64,000 nucleotides of DNA. It comes from Candidatus Neptunichlamydia sp. (lineage in GTDB: Bacteria; Chlamydiota; Chlamydiia; Chlamydiales; Simkaniaceae). Below, piece after piece: positions 19,802 to 29,869 of this stretch. Numbering within the stretch: the stretch's first letter is position 1; each line of letters begins with the position of its first letter. The DNA is taken from contig OZ247587.1 of the NCBI GenBank assembly GCA_965233865.1, positions 256,001 through 320,000 on the forward strand, given 5' to 3'. The notes below the pieces were generated by a model. That model saw nothing but the letters and a program-made list of their open reading frames with translations. It made no database searches and was not told where the DNA came from. Made by a program: the position numbers and the translations under genes.

Positions 19802-20644
19802 GGTTGTGTTGAGAAATTTACTTTAACCATTGGAGAGCCGCGATAAAATGAAGGAATGCCTTGAACCTTGATGCTAACTTCTCGAACCGAGAAAACAATC
19901 GTCTATAATGTTTGAGGAAGCCAAATAAACATTCGATTTTGTGTCGTTCTTTATATATGTCTTTATCATGCTCTCGATGATCAATGCGATTTTTCTTTGA
20001 GGGAATGATGGCAACAGCTCCGATGCTCTTTACATGATCAATGATTGCATTGCTGTCGTAGCCTTTGTCAGCCAATAATCTTTTGTAATCCCTACCCTTG
20101 AGCAAAGGAATAGCTTGATGACAATCAGCTGCTTGACCACCTGTTAAAATAAAATCAAGTGGATTACCTAATGCATCACAGATACTATGGATTTTAGTCG
20201 TAAAACCTCCACAGGATCGACCTAAGGCCTGCTCGCTTTGACCTCCGGTTTTTTTTTATTGGCTCCTGCGGCACAGGCATGAGCGCGGAGGACTGTACTG
20301 TCGATCATAATATATTCCATGTCTGGATCATTTGAAAAATAGTAGAGCATCTTGTACCACACACCATGTTCAGCCCAGTCTGCAAAACGATGATAGACGG
20401 CATTCCAGTCTCCATATTCCTTTGGTAGCAAACGCCATTGTGCTCCGCTCTTGGCAATCCAAAATACAGCCTCTACAAAGCAACGAGTTTTCTCTTTGTT
20501 ATTTGTGTGTATTTTGGGGTAATTACTCAGATATTCGTAAAGTTTCGACCAGGCGTGGTCATTTATTTTATGCGGGTATAGCATATGGATCTCCTTCTTC
20601 AGGAAGTCAGCTTGCACCACTCATGGAAATTTCTCAACACAACC
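19802..20644 (-). mobile_element. IS5-family element (843 bp, two-ORF frameshift type), copy 1
   Basis: Inverted repeats GGTTGTGTTGAGAAATTT, TA duplication, A9 slippery site, SGAQWRLLPKEYGDW and ADKGYDS...YKERHKIE motifs. Confidence 0.92.
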
Positions 20645-20715
20645 TAGCAAAAGTGTGGCAAAAAATTGTTTATAGGGTTCTAGGGAAAGGGGCTATTTGT
20701 GCTTGTAGGGCTGAG

Positions 20716-21305
20716 TCACACACCTGGAAAACGTTCTAAAAACAGTGCAATAATATGTTTCAAGAGTATACACCTGGATGAGGTCACGTCCTTTCGAGAA
20801 ATGCTTTCAGTGTCCTTAATCCCTTCATTACAAGGGAGATGCGTATTCATTATCCACCAAACATCAATTTTTTCAATTAATTCTATAGCTTTATCTAGAA
20901 GAGCAATGTTTATCTCCTTATGAGGATCAATTAAAATTTTTGGGAGCTCGTGAGAAATAAAGTTTCTTTCCTTTCGAATGGAAAGTAGGAGGTTGGCTTC
21001 CTCATCTGATATCGCACCATTATCTAGAAGCCAATCGCAGCTAGCGCTATATTCATGCCGTTTGTTCCCTTGTTTGGTAAAATAGGTTTTCATTACCTCA
21101 TTGTATCTTTTTTGAGTCTCTAGTGTCTCGCCTTCAGAAATATTAAAAAAAAGCCTTTGATTTGCTCAACAACGCTAAATTGAAGGAGTTCGAATACCGC
21201 CAGGTATAGACCAGCAAGGGCCAGATTATGACACAATTTTTCAGAATCAAAGAGTGTAATATACTCTTTTTCTATTGATTTATTTGTTAATTTAGAGAAA
21301 CGCAT
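20716..21305 (-). pseudogene. Frameshifted HEPN-like protein
   Basis: ORFs 21120..21305 and 20716..21093 join at a T8 run; RKERNFISH is an Rx4H motif. Confidence 0.5.
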
Positions 21306-21686
21306 AAATTTTTTATATTTAATGTTATCAAAGTCAAGGTCAATCTATGACTTAAGGATCTAAATTGTAGCATTATTGCATAAAAACCCAGTAAAAACAA
21401 AACAAATACTTTTTAATCCGTGTTTTTTTTGGTTTTTATAGTATAATTCTATTTTGTTAATGTTTTTTTACAAAAATAATATGATTAGAATATGACAGTT
21501 GATATTGGAGTGATAGGTAGCGAAGTTATGGAGTCTCTTGAGGATAATGAGATGCAGAGTAGTTGGCGCTTCGTAGTTGACAGAGCACTAGCCTTAATTT
21601 TTACCTTTTTTCCTTCTTTCCCTTTCCATACAAAAGCTGCGTGGAGTTCTCATTCAAGCTTTTAGGTATGTTTAAGCAGACTCATC

Positions 21687-22070
21687 TCAGCGAGTTGTGT
21701 CGGTTTTTTTGAAATTAAAGGCCTGAAGGACCTTTTTTGATATGGTTCTAATTTCTTCCCATTGTGGAAGCTCTATGAGTTTTTCTGTAGATTTTTCTGA
21801 AGAATATATCCCATATGTGTCTGTAAACTTTCTTAATTTAACATGTAATTTCATCAATAGCTTATATTGTATTTCTGTAATTCCAAACTCCTTATATTTC
21901 TCTAGAATGTAATCCTCATCAAAAAAATCGCAAATGGTATCATCGATATCGTCGCACTCCGGTCCCTCAGAGCGTACCCATACCCTTTCTTGATAGTCCC
22001 TATCAGACATGCAAGCTATGTTCTCAATAAAACTGTCTAATGTTTGCTTCCTATCTGCATAGCTAATCAT
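21687..22070 (-). CDS. Putative immunity protein
   Basis: Acidic 127-aa ORF 2 bp after a toxin-like gene. Confidence 0.55.
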   Translation of the reverse strand: MISYADRKQTLDSFIENIACMSDRDYQERVWVRSEGPECDDIDDTICDFFDEDYILEKYKEFGITEIQYKLLMKLHVKLRKFTDTYGIYSSEKSTEKLIELPQWEEIRTISKKVLQAFNFKKTDTTR

Positions 22071-22072
22071 AA

Positions 22073-23128
22073 TTAATTTTTTCCTAACTCTCTATAAATA
22101 AATTCTTCAAGTGGTATATGTGCTTCTGCCGATTTATTTGAAACTATGTTACCATGTTTATCAAGGGATTTTCCATGTATTCTTTGATTCACATAGGATT
22201 TCTGTTGACACGGATTTTTGCTATGAACCTTTCCTGGCATGATTCTTACATAAGTCCCTTCATCGTGAGGATGCACGTACTTCATACCACCTGGTTTATC
22301 TGCTAGCTTAACTTTATAATTTTGAGGGATCCCTTTTGGCCGACTGAAAGTCGGAATGCCAGTTGTATGAATAAGTTCTTTAACTTCCGATTCCGGCATG
22401 TATCTTCCATGAAAAGGTTTTAATTTTTCTTCAGCCTTTTGAAATAGCTCTACAGACTCTTGCATTGATAAACTTAAATGATTGAATTCTTTTTGCAGAG
22501 TTGTTTCTAACTTGCCAGCCTGCTTTAATTGGCCCATTTCTTTTGCAGTAAATCCTAATTCGTCTCCTAAAAGAGCAGTCCTCCTTCTGTTACTTATGAT
22601 TTCCCCCGCCTTGGCGGTATTTCCAACTCCGGCGGCTGTTTCAAGAACCAGCGTTCTTTCAGCCTTTTGGAGATTTTTTAAGACAGCAGCGAGATCTCTC
22701 GCACTCTTTGCGCTTTTACTTGCAATTTTGGCTATAGCTCCAGGTGCTGCAATATCTGCGCCATGTTTTCCAAAGGCATATCCAGCAAGCTCTCCTCTTT
22801 TATCAGAAGGGAGGGTGTCCCATTGAGTAACCAACTGATGAATCTCTGGGGATAATACCTCTCCGATTACTCCCCACTCATCATCACGAGCAAGTCTAGC
22901 AAGTGTTGAGAGAGCATCATACATTTGTGTTGAAGTGTGAATAGGATGAGTGATTAAATCCCCGAGGAATAAAATAATCCCTTTTCCGGATTCGTAGATC
23001 CCTTTTGGTAGTCCCTTTGCAAAACTTAGGGTGAATTCTGGTGTAGAAAATGGAATGTTCTCAGGAGCCTTTTCAATTTGAGATGCGAAGTTATTAAAAT
23101 CTTCGATAGATTTATTGAATTGACCCAT
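22073..23128 (-). CDS. Polymorphic-toxin-like protein (5'-decayed) with C-terminal nuclease-like tip
   Basis: Pre-toxin-like helical linker then VRIMPG..NPCQQKSYV..LDKHGN..EAHIP; upstream region has stops. Confidence 0.6.
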   Translation of the reverse strand: MGQFNKSIEDFNNFASQIEKAPENIPFSTPEFTLSFAKGLPKGIYESGKGIILFLGDLITHPIHTSTQMYDALSTLARLARDDEWGVIGEVLSPEIHQLVTQWDTLPSDKRGELAGYAFGKHGADIAAPGAIAKIASKSAKSARDLAAVLKNLQKAERTLVLETAAGVGNTAKAGEIISNRRRTALLGDELGFTAKEMGQLKQAGKLETTLQKEFNHLSLSMQESVELFQKAEEKLKPFHGRYMPESEVKELIHTTGIPTFSRPKGIPQNYKVKLADKPGGMKYVHPHDEGTYVRIMPGKVHSKNPCQQKSYVNQRIHGKSLDKHGNIVSNKSAEAHIPLEEFIYRELGKN

Positions 23129-23376
23129 ATCAAAATAGGAGGCACTTCTCTCTTAGTAGAATGTCACTTTTTTCTTCCATCTTCAAACTCTCTTAACGCT
23201 TTTGCAATGTTCATAACCCTATTTTCTGCACAGTATCACAACCCTGGATTTCAAAAAAACAAGATATCTCAAATTTTTTAAAACCTTTTTTTGGATGCCT
23301 TTAGCTATTGCAAATCGAAATTCCTTGAAGCTTTGGGAAGATCATATTAACATGCATGTTTTAATTAGAGAGGGCT

Positions 23377-23793
23377 TTGAGTCACATGAAAAATAAGAAG
23401 GCAACTATGGATACCAATGGATCTGACCTATTAAGTTCTCTGAAGGATTACTCTCAAAAATTTATAAACGATCGAGAGTGGTCGAAATTTCATAGCCCAA
23501 AAAATGTCGCCATAGGCGTTTCTGTTGAAGCCGCGGAGCTGTTAGAGATTTTTCAATGGCTTACAGAAGAGCAATCATTTGCAATGAAAGATGACCCAGA
23601 AACCCTACAGAAAGTTCAGGATGAAGCTGCTGATATTTTTCATTTTCTTATTCGGTTATCTTCGGTTCTTGATTTCGATCTAATTAAGGCTTTTTGGAGA
23701 AAAATGAAGCAGAATGAATCGAAGTATCCTGCCCAACTCTGTAAGGGTGGTACTAAAAAATACTCAGAGTTGTGTTGTAATGAAGAAGGTTGA
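23377..23793 (+). CDS. MazG-like nucleotide pyrophosphohydrolase (dCTPase-like)
   Basis: REWSKFHSPKNVA..VEAAELLEIFQW...DEAADI...KM..NESKYP. Confidence 0.9.
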   Translation: MSHMKNKKATMDTNGSDLLSSLKDYSQKFINDREWSKFHSPKNVAIGVSVEAAELLEIFQWLTEEQSFAMKDDPETLQKVQDEAADIFHFLIRLSSVLDFDLIKAFWRKMKQNESKYPAQLCKGGTKKYSELCCNEEG

Positions 23794-24958
23794 TAAAAAA
23801 AGTTATAAGAAGGTTACAAGACAAGACTCAGGCTTTAAGCGTGTTGAGCATTACTTTAATAATAGAATTTCTCTGCTGTACGGTAATCAGAAAGAAGCTC
23901 TTAAAAAAATTTCTAAAAATAACGATCGAACCTGTGAGCTTCTCGTTGGAGAAACCGGTGAAGATTATGGTGTGATAGTCTATAAAAATGAACTTACCTC
24001 AGAATATACGTCTTTATCTTTTCCAGAGGCCTTTGAAATAAAAACTCTCTTCGTCGTAAATCCTTATAAAAATTCTGGACAAGGTATCGCAACTCATCTT
24101 TTAAATCATCTATCAAGAAGAGCTTATGCTTTGAAAGCAAAGAGCTTATTTGTAACTGTGAGTTCTAAAAGCCCAGAAGCTCTTGCTTTTTTTCTTTATC
24201 ATGGGTTTCGAGTAAGGACTATCAAACCAAATCTCTACCTCGAAGGGCAAAATGAGTATTTTCTCTTCCATACAAACCTAAAAAATCTGCTAAAAAGCAC
24301 TCGAGACATTCTTAGATCTCCTGCTTTAGGAAAAAGTACTCAGCATTTAGAGCATCCTGATTCTAAGAATATTGAATTCACAGAGAAAGAAACACATGTC
24401 ATCAATTTTCTGAAAACTCAAGAATTTCCGCTGAAGTCTTTTTTTAACTATTATGGCTTTCAGCTCTCGCAAGAGCTAATGCATGAAAGTGTTTGTAAGT
24501 TTGTTGATTGGGTTATGAAGTGGCAAAAAAAGGCATTAGCCAAACGGTATGTCATTTTGTTCACAAACTCCTTGTACGCAGATGATCAAAAAAACAATTT
24601 GATAGGAGAGCTCATTATTGGAATGACTCAGGACGCAGAAAGGCATCTTCTTGGGTGCATTCCATGCACATCTTTACCGCAGGTTTTTTGGAAACAGATT
24701 TTCAAATCTTTTAAAATAAATGGAATACGCACTATCGATATCTTTTGTAGCAGACATATTCAGGAAGTTTTGGATGCAGCGTCTTCTTGCTATCCTTCCA
24801 TGAAACTTGAAAAATTAAACTACCCGAAATCTTGGTCACCAAAAGGTTTTTCTCCTTATAGCTTGTTCTGTGAATTATCTCGGGACGTCCAATTTAGCGA
24901 TAGTCTACTTAAAGATGATCTGGTTCTTCAGGAGGGGTATATAGCTAGAGCTCCTTAA
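23780..24958 (+). CDS. GNAT acetyltransferase fused to a degenerate IS256 transposase core
   Basis: EIKTLFVV..NSGQGIATHLL..FFLYHGF, then YGFQLS..KWQKKAL..YVILFTNSL..FWKQIF..GIRTIDI..CYP; overlaps the MazG stop. Confidence 0.75.
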   Translation: MKKVDKKSYKKVTRQDSGFKRVEHYFNNRISLLYGNQKEALKKISKNNDRTCELLVGETGEDYGVIVYKNELTSEYTSLSFPEAFEIKTLFVVNPYKNSGQGIATHLLNHLSRRAYALKAKSLFVTVSSKSPEALAFFLYHGFRVRTIKPNLYLEGQNEYFLFHTNLKNLLKSTRDILRSPALGKSTQHLEHPDSKNIEFTEKETHVINFLKTQEFPLKSFFNYYGFQLSQELMHESVCKFVDWVMKWQKKALAKRYVILFTNSLYADDQKNNLIGELIIGMTQDAERHLLGCIPCTSLPQVFWKQIFKSFKINGIRTIDIFCSRHIQEVLDAASSCYPSMKLEKLNYPKSWSPKGFSPYSLFCELSRDVQFSDSLLKDDLVLQEGYIARAP

Positions 24959-25070
24959 AAGTAAAAATTGGAGCGTCTAAAACTAAAAGGTAGAGTATTT
25001 GAGTCGATTCAACTGTTGTTGAATTGTGAAAGCGGAGCCCCACCTCCGTCTCCAAGAAACCATTTATCCC

Positions 25071-25886
25071 TCATTGAGGCTTAGTCTTTTCCTCATATTT
25101 TTTAGCAACAATAAGATAATAATCAAAAGTACCCTCGATAAATCCTTTATACCAATTCCTATCCCAAGAAGACTTCAAATCACTTTGGTTTACCCAATCA
25201 TCCAAAAAACGCCAGACATATTCACCAATAGCGGTGGTGTAGATCTCAGCAAACCCCACGTTTTCGAGATCTTTAACAACTTGAGAAATATTAGTTAGTC
25301 TATCCACCCCATTTTTGATGGTAGGAATAAGGTTTGTTGCTAGGTCACGCTTACTTTCATCTTTCCCAAAAAAAGTTGCCACTCCTAACGTCCCTCCAGG
25401 TTTAAGTACCCGAAAAGCTTCAGAAAAAAAAGTTGCTAATGAGTTAAAATGTTGCGCAGCTTCAACAGACATAATATGAGAAAAACTCTCTTTTGAAAAA
25501 GGAAGTTTTGCACTATCACCAACGACAAAGTCAATCGCTTTATTAACTCTCTTTGCCCTTCGAATTTGGTCTGGAGAAGAATCTAACCCAATAATTTTTC
25601 GAGGAAAATACTCTTTTTTTAATAGAGCGGTTCCAACGCCTATCCCACAACCCACTTCAAGGATTAAACTCTCATTAGAAACAGAAAGTCGATTTGCAAC
25701 AAGCCTATACAAGTCTCTTTGGCTCTCTAGACGATCTTCTATTGTGAGAGACCCTAAAGCATTTTTGGAGTTTTTCCAATATCCAAAGTTAATAAATCCT
25801 CCAGCAAACATAGAGAGCTCGTGCAACTTGTCAGCATACATGGCCGCAACAGAATCAAGCCTGGGCAAGTTGTTTTTCAAAGTCAT
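25071..25886 (-). CDS. Class I SAM-dependent methyltransferase
   Basis: INFGYW, ILEVGCGIG, SVEAAQHF, RVLKPGG. Confidence 0.9.
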   Translation of the reverse strand: MTLKNNLPRLDSVAAMYADKLHELSMFAGGFINFGYWKNSKNALGSLTIEDRLESQRDLYRLVANRLSVSNESLILEVGCGIGVGTALLKKEYFPRKIIGLDSSPDQIRRAKRVNKAIDFVVGDSAKLPFSKESFSHIMSVEAAQHFNSLATFFSEAFRVLKPGGTLGVATFFGKDESKRDLATNLIPTIKNGVDRLTNISQVVKDLENVGFAEIYTTAIGEYVWRFLDDWVNQSDLKSSWDRNWYKGFIEGTFDYYLIVAKKYEEKTKPQ

Positions 25887-26074
25887 ACAACACTCAGGAA
25901 CGATTCAAGATCAGGCGTATTTCGATAGCCCATTTTCATTAATCCCGGTAGAGCGACTCTACTTTTATATAACCTCTTAGGAGATAAACATCTGTATAAG
26001 AATGCAATATAAATTTATATATCCAAAAAATTTGAAATCAGGTATACACGGATTAAAAAAAAATTGCAAATCAG

Positions 26075-27268
26075 ATGCTCAAAAATAAACCTCCTCTGCT
26101 TAGTGCTTCAATCGCTATATTTTGTATATTTTATGGCGATTGGGGTAAGATGTATTATTACGAAACAATTAAAGAATTTACTAATGTTTCGTATTACTTA
26201 AATTTAAATGTTTTTATTTCAACTGGAGCTTATCTTTTATTAGCATTTCTTTCAGATATCTGGTGCAGAAAGAAAATGCTATACTTATCAACTTTAATGT
26301 TAATATCTTCTGGTTTTTTTCTAAGGTTTCACCATCCTATGCTGTCAACAATTGCTATTTCTATAGCACCTGTCACCCCAATAGCAATAGCAGCATACTG
26401 TGACGTTCATATGTCAAACGATAGGGAGCCTAACGTTATTAATACTTTCATGATAAGGCCATTACCTTGGATGCTGTTTCCTCTTGTATATCAAGATATT
26501 AAGTTGTTTTTTTTAACCGATATCGCCCTTGGCATCTTGGTAGCTATTTTCACGATTTGGTTGTTTGTTGACTATCGCGATAAAGACAACAAGAAATTTA
26601 GTTTTGGAATATTGGACGCCGTTAAGGTTTATGGGCTCCGTGTCTGCATAGCAATATCCATTGCCTTTTTTTTCACGAACTGGGCTTGGAGCATGCTGTT
26701 TTACTATCTAGAAAAAGTGGAAAATGGATCTGTTGTAGCGACCAACTTTATGCTCTCTCCAGGGATATGTTTTTTTCTAGGCGCTGCTTTTTCTAGGGTA
26801 TTAATACGAAAAAAACGGATATTTACTACCTATTTCGAAGAAAAAAGCAGTCAAATATTTAAAGCTACCTATTTAAAATTAATAATATATATATCAATTG
26901 GAATTATACCGTTTGTGATTTTTATTTCACTCTTAATATCAATATTGAACGGAGATCATTCTAACGTTGTATTAAACAGCCTTCCCTTATTTACATTTTT
27001 AGGAGGTGTGTTCATCCCTTCAATCTACGCTTTCTTTGGAAGTCAACTAAAATACCACTCTTTAGGTCTTGTATATGCTGCACTAGAAGTTGTTCAGTCT
27101 GTATCAGAATTTACAGGGGCAGAAGTTGGAACACTACCCTTTTTTAAAGAGGAATTGAACCACATAGTTACATTTGCAATTTTTCTTTCACTTCTTTCGT
27201 TAGTGGTTCTAAATACTTTACCAAAAGATACATCTCCTAAAAAGCTTCTTTCTCAAGGTAATAATTAA
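26075..27268 (+). CDS. Divergent MFS-like transporter
   Basis: About 12 hydrophobic segments; LSDIWCRKK resembles MFS motif A. Confidence 0.65.
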   Translation: MLKNKPPLLSASIAIFCIFYGDWGKMYYYETIKEFTNVSYYLNLNVFISTGAYLLLAFLSDIWCRKKMLYLSTLMLISSGFFLRFHHPMLSTIAISIAPVTPIAIAAYCDVHMSNDREPNVINTFMIRPLPWMLFPLVYQDIKLFFLTDIALGILVAIFTIWLFVDYRDKDNKKFSFGILDAVKVYGLRVCIAISIAFFFTNWAWSMLFYYLEKVENGSVVATNFMLSPGICFFLGAAFSRVLIRKKRIFTTYFEEKSSQIFKATYLKLIIYISIGIIPFVIFISLLISILNGDHSNVVLNSLPLFTFLGGVFIPSIYAFFGSQLKYHSLGLVYAALEVVQSVSEFTGAEVGTLPFFKEELNHIVTFAIFLSLLSLVVLNTLPKDTSPKKLLSQGNN

Positions 27269-28220
27269 CATAATCACAAAGGTGAGTTTTTGCTAATAAC
27301 TTAGCTTTCTTCTTCCAATATTTATACTCTCTGAAAGTAAATAATGGAGGGGGGCGAAAGCAATTCCATTTGCTAGAGTAAAACAGCCTTGCGCCTAATG
27401 GATCAAAATCGGCAATATTCATTTGCCTGTTCAAGCTATGAAAAAGAAGTTGTGTTGGCTGCTCCCACGATACATTCTTTATTTTTATAGGAGCTTTTTC
27501 AAAAAGGACCTCCATTCCCTTTCTAGAGGGAAGTACAATGTGATATGGAGCGTGAATCCCTTCCCAAGCTTCCTTAAAAAACTTATAAGAAAATGACTCT
27601 ATACTAGGAATTCTAATTAAGCATTTTCCTCCAGGGCGCAAAAGTGAGTTGATTGTTTCAGATAGCAAGTGAACTTGTTCTACATGTTCAAACGAGTGAT
27701 GAAACATAATTAAATCAAACTTCTCTTCTAGATCAAAAATTGTAGCTTTTCTAACCATATCATCAGTGTTGGTATGACAATTAAAATTCAAAAATGGATC
27801 TATGCCAAGTACATCCTTAAAACCAATGCTATGTAACTGCCTTACTAGGCTACCATTTCCACAACCTACGTCGAGAATCCTCATTTCTTTTGTAAGATTA
27901 AGATTCGTTAAAGCTCTTAATTTAAGGGAGTCATATCTTTTATCAAAAGCTAAAGCTAAAATAGCGAATTTGTTCTTCTTCAAAAGAGCCTGCTTATAAA
28001 TTGCCCTCTCGAAAAAGCTTAAACCTTTTCCAAGCCCTTGGAAGTTGGGATAGCTTTGATAATATTGGGATAAGTCAGGAGGTATCATATTTATTGATAG
28101 CGAATTGCATTTAGAACATTCTATATATTCAAATTCACTTCTTATTCCAAGAGTCATTTCTTTTGGAAAAATGATTTTGTTGTGCCTATTATTTTTACAA
28201 ATTCTACAAGCTAAATCCAT
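27237..28220 (-). CDS. Class I SAM-dependent methyltransferase with N-terminal Zn finger
   Basis: CRIC..CSKC, ILDVGCGNG, FHHSFEHV, LRPGG, APYH. Confidence 0.88.
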   Translation of the reverse strand: MDLACRICKNNRHNKIIFPKEMTLGIRSEFEYIECSKCNSLSINMIPPDLSQYYQSYPNFQGLGKGLSFFERAIYKQALLKKNKFAILALAFDKRYDSLKLRALTNLNLTKEMRILDVGCGNGSLVRQLHSIGFKDVLGIDPFLNFNCHTNTDDMVRKATIFDLEEKFDLIMFHHSFEHVEQVHLLSETINSLLRPGGKCLIRIPSIESFSYKFFKEAWEGIHAPYHIVLPSRKGMEVLFEKAPIKIKNVSWEQPTQLLFHSLNRQMNIADFDPLGARLFYSSKWNCFRPPPLFTFREYKYWKKKAKLLAKTHLCDYVNYYLEKEAF

Positions 28221-28221
28221 C

Positions 28222-28827
28222 TCAACATTGGGAGTATTGATAATTTTGTTTTATAATCTCTTTTATTTTTTCTTTTGACTCTTTTTGAACAACAATTTTA
28301 AATTCCTTTAAAAACGAGTCAAAGCAACAGTATGGATCTAGAAGGGTTGGAGCATATTTGACGTCATATTCATTCCACTTTGAAGAGTTTGCTTCATTAT
28401 GCTGAATTTGAGCCTCCATTTTATCAAGGGCTAAAACAAATTTAGCTTCACTCGACGTGCAGTTTTCGAATTCATTCCATAGGTCCAAAATTTCATCTTT
28501 GATATTTTCTGGAAGATTTTTTACAAGCAGTTTCATTGCAGCCAATTCACTTTCATGCTTTTCTTGCTGCATCTTTTTATCTTGTATAAAAACAAAGTAT
28601 GGAGTATCTCCTGTAATAATCTCTGCTAAATCGTGGATTATAGCTAACTTAAGGCATTTTCCGATGTTAATTTCCTCGTCTAACAAAGGGCCAAGCAACA
28701 TGACCATCAAAGAAACTCTCCAGCAATGATCAGCAACACTTTCTCTGTTGTTACAAGATGTGAACCCATTCCGTTTTTCAGTTTTTAGCTTTTCACTTAA
28801 GTGAATAAATTCCAATAAGCTATTCAT
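28222..28827 (-). CDS. HD-domain hydrolase (YfbR/HDDC2-like)
   Basis: LKTEKRNG..RESVADHCWR..IIHDLAE..GD..EAKFV.ALDKME. Confidence 0.9.
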   Translation of the reverse strand: MNSLLEFIHLSEKLKTEKRNGFTSCNNRESVADHCWRVSLMVMLLGPLLDEEINIGKCLKLAIIHDLAEIITGDTPYFVFIQDKKMQQEKHESELAAMKLLVKNLPENIKDEILDLWNEFENCTSSEAKFVLALDKMEAQIQHNEANSSKWNEYDVKYAPTLLDPYCCFDSFLKEFKIVVQKESKEKIKEIIKQNYQYSQC

Positions 28828-28870
28828 TATTTTAATACCTCTATCAAACTGGTTTTTTACATATTTAGCA

Positions 28871-29845
28871 CTAAAAAACATGTAAAAATGCAACAAAGAA
28901 AGACCCAAACGCTGGGGTATTCTTCCCAATTACACTAAACCAATAACCCAGCAGCATGCCACTATTTTCAGTAAATGTAAACTCTAACTCTGGAGCAAGG
29001 GAAAGCTGGGCAGAAGAAGACACGAAAATCTTCGCTGGCATCTGCTCCGAATCAGCACCCCTTCGCCCAGAAAAACTCCCTGGAAAGTTTTGTTGATAAT
29101 TAGAATCAAATCCTATCGCCCATCTGTCATTTAAATTGTATTCTCCCGATAAATAAAATGTAAAATAACTCCCAGGAGAAACGGTACCTTTTGTACCAAG
29201 CCCGCCACCATATGAATTAAAATTTCTTACATTCACCTTTGATGGAAGGAAATAGCCTAAGCTAAATCTTGTTTGAAATTTATGATAATTAGAGATGTAA
29301 TACAATTTTTGAAAAGCAAAAAAAATACCTGTCTGGTATGATCCCAAACCAGTTGAATCAACACCTCCCTTCTTAGGATTAAGGTTTTGATATTGACCTG
29401 TTGGAACAGTTTCTTGAATAATAATCCTAAAGTTTGGCATCAACGATCCCGTCTTTTCGGTATTTATAACTTGGAATCCAACCCTTAAAACGGTGTCTTG
29501 CAGCCTTGTAGATTGCTGTCCTTGCTTTTTATTGGAGATCCATGAACCTAAAAATTCAATTCCTATAAATGAATTTAACCCAGCTTGAAAGTCAATATAG
29601 TTATAAAAAGACCACGTGTTTGGTGTATTTTTTGCCTTCCAGTTTTTAGAATAAATGCCATAAGTATTTTTTACTCCAAATGTTACTTCAATTCCAGGAT
29701 GAGATGGATCTGGCGTAATAGCCAATGGTGTAAGTAATGGTCCAGTAAACCACTGTTCGAACGTTTGACTCTCCGGTGGGCTAGCCGCAAGCGCTTGAAG
29801 TGTGAAAAAGAAAAGGATTGAAGAATAGGCTTTAATGTTTTTCAT
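28871..29845 (-). CDS. Outer-membrane beta-barrel protein
   Basis: Signal peptide, WFTGPLL, PTGQY..L.P..G.D.TG.GS, alternating beta-strands, C-terminal Phe. Confidence 0.7.
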   Translation of the reverse strand: MKNIKAYSSILFFFTLQALAASPPESQTFEQWFTGPLLTPLAITPDPSHPGIEVTFGVKNTYGIYSKNWKAKNTPNTWSFYNYIDFQAGLNSFIGIEFLGSWISNKKQGQQSTRLQDTVLRVGFQVINTEKTGSLMPNFRIIIQETVPTGQYQNLNPKKGGVDSTGLGSYQTGIFFAFQKLYYISNYHKFQTRFSLGYFLPSKVNVRNFNSYGGGLGTKGTVSPGSYFTFYLSGEYNLNDRWAIGFDSNYQQNFPGSFSGRRGADSEQMPAKIFVSSSAQLSLAPELEFTFTENSGMLLGYWFSVIGKNTPAFGSFFVAFLHVF

Positions 29846-29869
29846 TATTTTAACAGGTAAAAGAATCTT

